A stretch of DNA of 63,878 nucleotides, filler included, from Octopus bimaculoides (lineage: Eukaryota): assembly GCF_001194135.2 (NCBI RefSeq). It is 8 parts of 8 records of this genome, joined end to end, with 100 filler letters (N's around TTAATTAATTAA, not from the genome) between each part and the next. Parts side by side here need not be neighbours in the genome. Positions count along the whole stretch, not along the records: positions 57,471 to 61,442 come from NC_068981.1; positions 61,543 to 62,706 come from NW_026338620.1; positions 62,807 to 63,878 come from NC_068986.1; 5 more parts are not named here. One strand, given 5' to 3'. The position numbers and the translations under genes are program-made. Below, piece after piece: positions 59,261 to 63,878 of this stretch (its first letter is position 1; each line of letters starts with the position of its first letter). The notes beneath the pieces were generated by a model. The model had not been told where the DNA came from and made no database searches. It was given only the letters and a program-made list of their open reading frames with translations.

Positions 59261-62200
59261 TTCCATGTGTCAACCGCGTAATTATTTCATCCTATTTTAT
59301 CTCCCATACCTTCTTTCGAGCTGTCGCTATTTTATTTTTCGCCTGAAGATTTTCCTTTTCGCTGTCGCTATTTCATTTTTCGCTTTTTCCACTTTGGCTT
59401 GAAAATTATGTGGTCGAATAGGTTTTTGCATCATTAAACCATAAAATCAACCACGTCTGGGTTACACTTTCTTCCACTTTCTCAACATGATATTCATCTT
59501 AAGTACAATTTTAAAAAAAAATTACTATCTCATTAACTTCTTTATCATCCTCATCATCATTCTGATTGTCATCTATCTGAACAAAGTGAAATCATTATGT
59601 TCATATCAATTTAATTTGGAGTAATTACAGTCCTGTTCTTTTTAGTCTGATACGAAAAGAAATTGCTAATCGTTCAGCTGCTCCCTGTCTTCAACTTGTC
59701 AAATACATTATACTCTCCGCATAATGATCCTTATCAACCTCATCATCATCATCATCATCGTCATCGTCACTGTCGTCGTCGTCATCGTCATCATCATCAT
59801 CATTACCACCATCAAAATCAACTTCATAATCATCATTGCATACATAGCCGTCGTCATTATTATCGTTATCATTGTCCTCCTCTGCCGCCTCCTCCGCCGC
59901 CTCCTCCTCATATTAATGTTATTTTAACATTCACAATAACTATTGGTACACACTTTCAACACCTGCTTAGTTCTCGTAAATGCAATCCTAACGGCACTTT
60001 CTTTGTTATTACAATAAAACGATGTTATAGCTTTCATTCCGCTTTCATGGTGCATCAACTCAAAGGTAAGCAAACGCAATTTATTTGATGTTTGTTTAAA
60101 TATTTGTTAGCTTTATGCAAGCAGCTCAGTAAGATAATTATAGCTGCACTAACTGCCCAATGTACATTATTAATACACAAGTGAAATGTGCATATTTCCA
60201 GGAAGTAACCAAAAGGTAAGAGCTGCTGGCGATACGTGTAAAACAAAATATCATCTGAATATGTATATGTAACACTGCTTTTCATCACATTTTCAGCAAT
60301 CATGCATATAAAAGATGTCAACACGCAATGCAACCTCCCCTGTAGATATACCAACATGAGATAAGAGGATTTCCATCTTGCCTGTTTCTCACATCTTAAG
60401 TATTATAATAAATAATCTTAATTCCCTTTAATGGCAATCTCGTAAGACATCTGAAATTATTGTTTTCTTGTAAATCTTTGGCATATTTAAATTCTTCCTC
60501 ATTTTCCGAAAGATTTACGAACTGAATTTGAATGTAACCCAATACGTATGTACTTATATAATCATTGAAAAGTTTTCAAATATGTACAAGGTCTTGAGGA
60601 TAATTATTTATGGAGAAATCTTCAATGAATTATGTTCTGATTAATAAGTATTGGATATGTTCATCCTCAGCATTTACTATTCTAATAAGTACTGAAACAA
60701 CAATAAAATATTCAAGAAAAAGTAATTTGATTTTCTAGAAACTATTTCCCCGTACATAATTGGATGTAATACAGAAAGAAAACTATGAACCAGTTGCATA
60801 TTGCGCGAAATAGAGTGATGCATGGTAAGACTCAAAGCAATTCATTGATTTATAAGAGATGTCTATGGAATTTAAATTTGGACTATCAACGACGTACAAG
60901 AATACCATTAAATACCGTGCATATTTTTACACATTAATGATATAAGGTAAATTGTATTAGCAACAATATTCATCTAAAGTGCTGAATTATTTAATGATTT
61001 TGAGTACATAGTTGCCTCTATATTCGGTGTTCAAATTATCTGTGTGCGATAGCACATATACCACATATGTTTGAAAGAAATATTAGTGAGAATGTCTACA
61101 GCAAATTGTCTAATAATTAAAATTTTACAAAGTTGACAGGGCACATATCTAGGTTACGTGTTTAAGAACCTTACAAGTTCATATTAATCAATATAAAATA
61201 ATACTACTTCTGTTTGCAATAATTCTCCCGAGACCAAAAAGCGGCTGCTAATATGAATTTGAAATTGAATATGTATTTATGTGTATATATATGTACATAA
61301 GTACGTGTGGATGCATGTGGGTCTTTGACTGTTTATATATGTGTGCGTGTGTGTGTGTATGTATGTATATATATATATATGTATATAGATACATACATGC
61401 ATACATACATACATATATATGTATATATATATATATGTATATNNNNNNNNNNNNNNNNNNNNNNNNNNNNNNNNNNNNNNNNNNNNTTAATTAATTAANN
61501 NNNNNNNNNNNNNNNNNNNNNNNNNNNNNNNNNNNNNNNNNNAAAGACACTCCTAGGGTTGAATTAAAAGATGAGCTAACCTTTGAAATCATTATGTAGT
61601 ATAATGTAGTTTTTAAAATTTCTATACATAAGAATGAAGTTTAATGTGAGGAGGTGGTGTAACGTAAACAAAAGATAAAAGAAATAGAGGGATAAGAATG
61701 AGTTAAAGAGAGAATATGATGTATATAATGGACTTGTGTTTGCATAAAAATNNNNNNNNNNTTAAAGAGAGAATATGATGTATATAATGGACTTGTGTTT
61801 GCATAAAAATTCATATTAGGTAATACGTATTAATGATAAGTATGTACTTGCTATGTCTATAAAGAAGTGAGACTGAAATTGGAAATAAAGATGGGTATTC
61901 TAAAAAAATAAATAAATAAATGTAGGGGAGATAAATGAGCAGAGGTAGAGGAATGAAAAAAATAAATAGGGCATAGGATATTGATGTTAGGTTAGGTGTG
62001 TTTTTATGTATATATAAAAAAAGATTATTTTAGAGGTAATAATCTAGCTTAGTATTATGTGAGAAGGATANNNNNNNNNNTTATTTTAGAGGTAATAATC
62101 TAGCTTAGTATTATGTGAGAAGGATATGTAATGGTAATAAGGTCTTAGACCACTAAGCTGTAGGGGTGTAGTGCCAGTAAGAATATAAGAAAAAGTACGA

Positions 62201-62862
62201 GTAGACGGGTACACATAAGTGTACAAAATATTTACACATAATATAGGAGAAATATAATCTAATAAGGAGAAGAGTGTGTATATTTATTCATACGTGTGTA
62301 GAGGCACATTTGCACATTAGTATATATAGATACAGAAACTCTTGTAGATGTACAATTAAGGTATACGTATAAAAAAACACAGTACAAATATACCCATACC
62401 AGTGTAGGGAGAGAAGGAGCAACACACACATAATAAATTGTATATATATGTATGCAAAACATATATACACAGGTACACACGTTCATATTAATATACATGT
62501 CAGTACCTATATATAAAAATCAAACACATATCTATAGATATACACACATAGATAACATATGAGATCCATACCTAGATGTGCATACATGGGTGTAGACATG
62601 TAGGACACCAAGAAGTACTAAATTTGCATACATGTGTGCATATGTGGGCAGTAAAGTATACGTAATTATAAGGTATAGTAACAAATAGCATAAACCAGTA
62701 ATAGTTNNNNNNNNNNNNNNNNNNNNNNNNNNNNNNNNNNNNNNNNNNNNTTAATTAATTAANNNNNNNNNNNNNNNNNNNNNNNNNNNNNNNNNNNNNN
62801 NNNNNNATATATATATATATTTATCGACGATACTTTAATGTCATGGTCAACAACTTAATAAA

Positions 62863-62907
<45 letters not shown>

Positions 62908-62926
62908 CATCATCATTATCATCATC

Positions 62927-63145
62927 AAGGCGGCGAGGTGGCAGAATCGTTAGCACGCCGGGCGAAATGCTTAGCGGTACTTTATCTCCACGTTCTGAGT
63001 TCAAATTCCGCCGAGGTTAACTTTACCTTTCATCCTTTCAGGATCGATAAACTGAGTACCAGTCGTTTACTGGGATCGATGTAATCGACTATCCCCCATC
63101 CCCCAAATTTCAGGCTTTGAGCCTTTAGTAGATAGGATTATTATT
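62927..63145 (+). mobile_element. SINE family B, full length with (TTA)n tail
   Basis: GGCGGCGAGGTGGCAGAATCGTTAGCACG...GAGTTCAAATTCC...CCTTTCATCCTTTC..GATCGATAAA.TGAGTACCAG...GTAGATAGGATTATT. Confidence 0.92.
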
Positions 63146-63189
63146 GTTATCATCATCATCATCATTATTATTATTATTATTATTATTAT

Positions 63190-63225
<36 letters not shown>

Positions 63226-63878
63226 AAGTTGTATGTATTTAAAGTAGTAGTAGTTGTATGCATGTATTTAAAGAATACCGTATGTCTTTAAATATGATAC
63301 CTATTTAAGATGTATCGTAAAGGTTAGCAAATTCGAGTCTCGTAGTGACGAAAGCAAATTGTGAGTTTTGTAAGAGGACTTTTGCGGTGTCGGAGAATGG
63401 GGTAAATAACAGGATATCCTAAACAATTTGTCTGTTAACTCCATTAGGGGCTTCATAGGAAAACCTTTAAATTGGTGACATATATAAAGATGTTGTTGTT
63501 GTCATCGTTGCTTCTGATATTGCTTAATCCAGGTCAACTCTGACACACCAATCATATTATCAAAGGCTTGGACTGCTGCGTGTGTGCGAGCGCGTGTGTG
63601 AGAAAGAGAGAGAGAAAAGAGTGGAGAGGGTGAGAGTCTACATTACTGTATGTGAACTTCACTTATTTAAGATGGGGCGTGTGATTCAAAAGCGATTAGG
63701 CTACTTATTTATTGCAAGTCGAGCGACTCTGTATCTAAAGAGGCAAAGAGGGCGTCATATTAATTTTTTCTAAAGATTTTAAATTCTTTAACTCTTTTAA
63801 GAGTTTTAGCTCTCTCAAAGCATAAATATATTAATAATCAGAACATAAGTATCGTAAGTATATGACTATCTTAATCTA

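Noticed and set aside
61543-62706. Mitochondrial insertion (NUMT)
   Set aside because: I could not recognise any mitochondrial gene frame, tRNA or rRNA motif.

Overview
Repeat-saturated, AT-rich animal genomic DNA with many N gaps. It is most likely from an octopod cephalopod; this is an inference from SINE families I recall as octopus-type, very dense (AT)n/(GT)n/(GA)n/(AAT)n/(ATAG)n microsatellites, and TTAGGG-type repeats. I found no supportable host protein-coding exon, RNA gene or CRISPR array, and nearly all long ORFs in the track are microsatellite or N-run artefacts. The window is a graveyard of mobile DNA: about 35 copies of three tRNA-derived SINE families (labelled A, B and C here), three R4/Dong-clade LINE 3' fragments, a HERO-like LINE, two CR1-type tails, several Penelope-like fragments, and Helitron, hAT, mariner and piggyBac-type remnants. 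The most interesting structures are: (1) three distinct Dong-like LINEs that each sit inside (AAT)n arrays, two of them stacked in an array that also serves as a SINE tail; (2) a long-TIR element family carrying telomere-like repeats; (3) a fold-back mariner whose inversion junction occurs in two copies; (4) an inverted copy of nearby DNA inserted into a LINE reverse-transcriptase frame; and (5) several perfect palindromes. I see no evidence for a new gene-encoded system. Seven N44-TTAATTAATTAA-N44 spacers mark scaffold joins, so adjacency across them is unreliable. Family assignments come from recalled protein and repeat motifs, not database searches, and element boundaries are approximate unless exact motifs are quoted.
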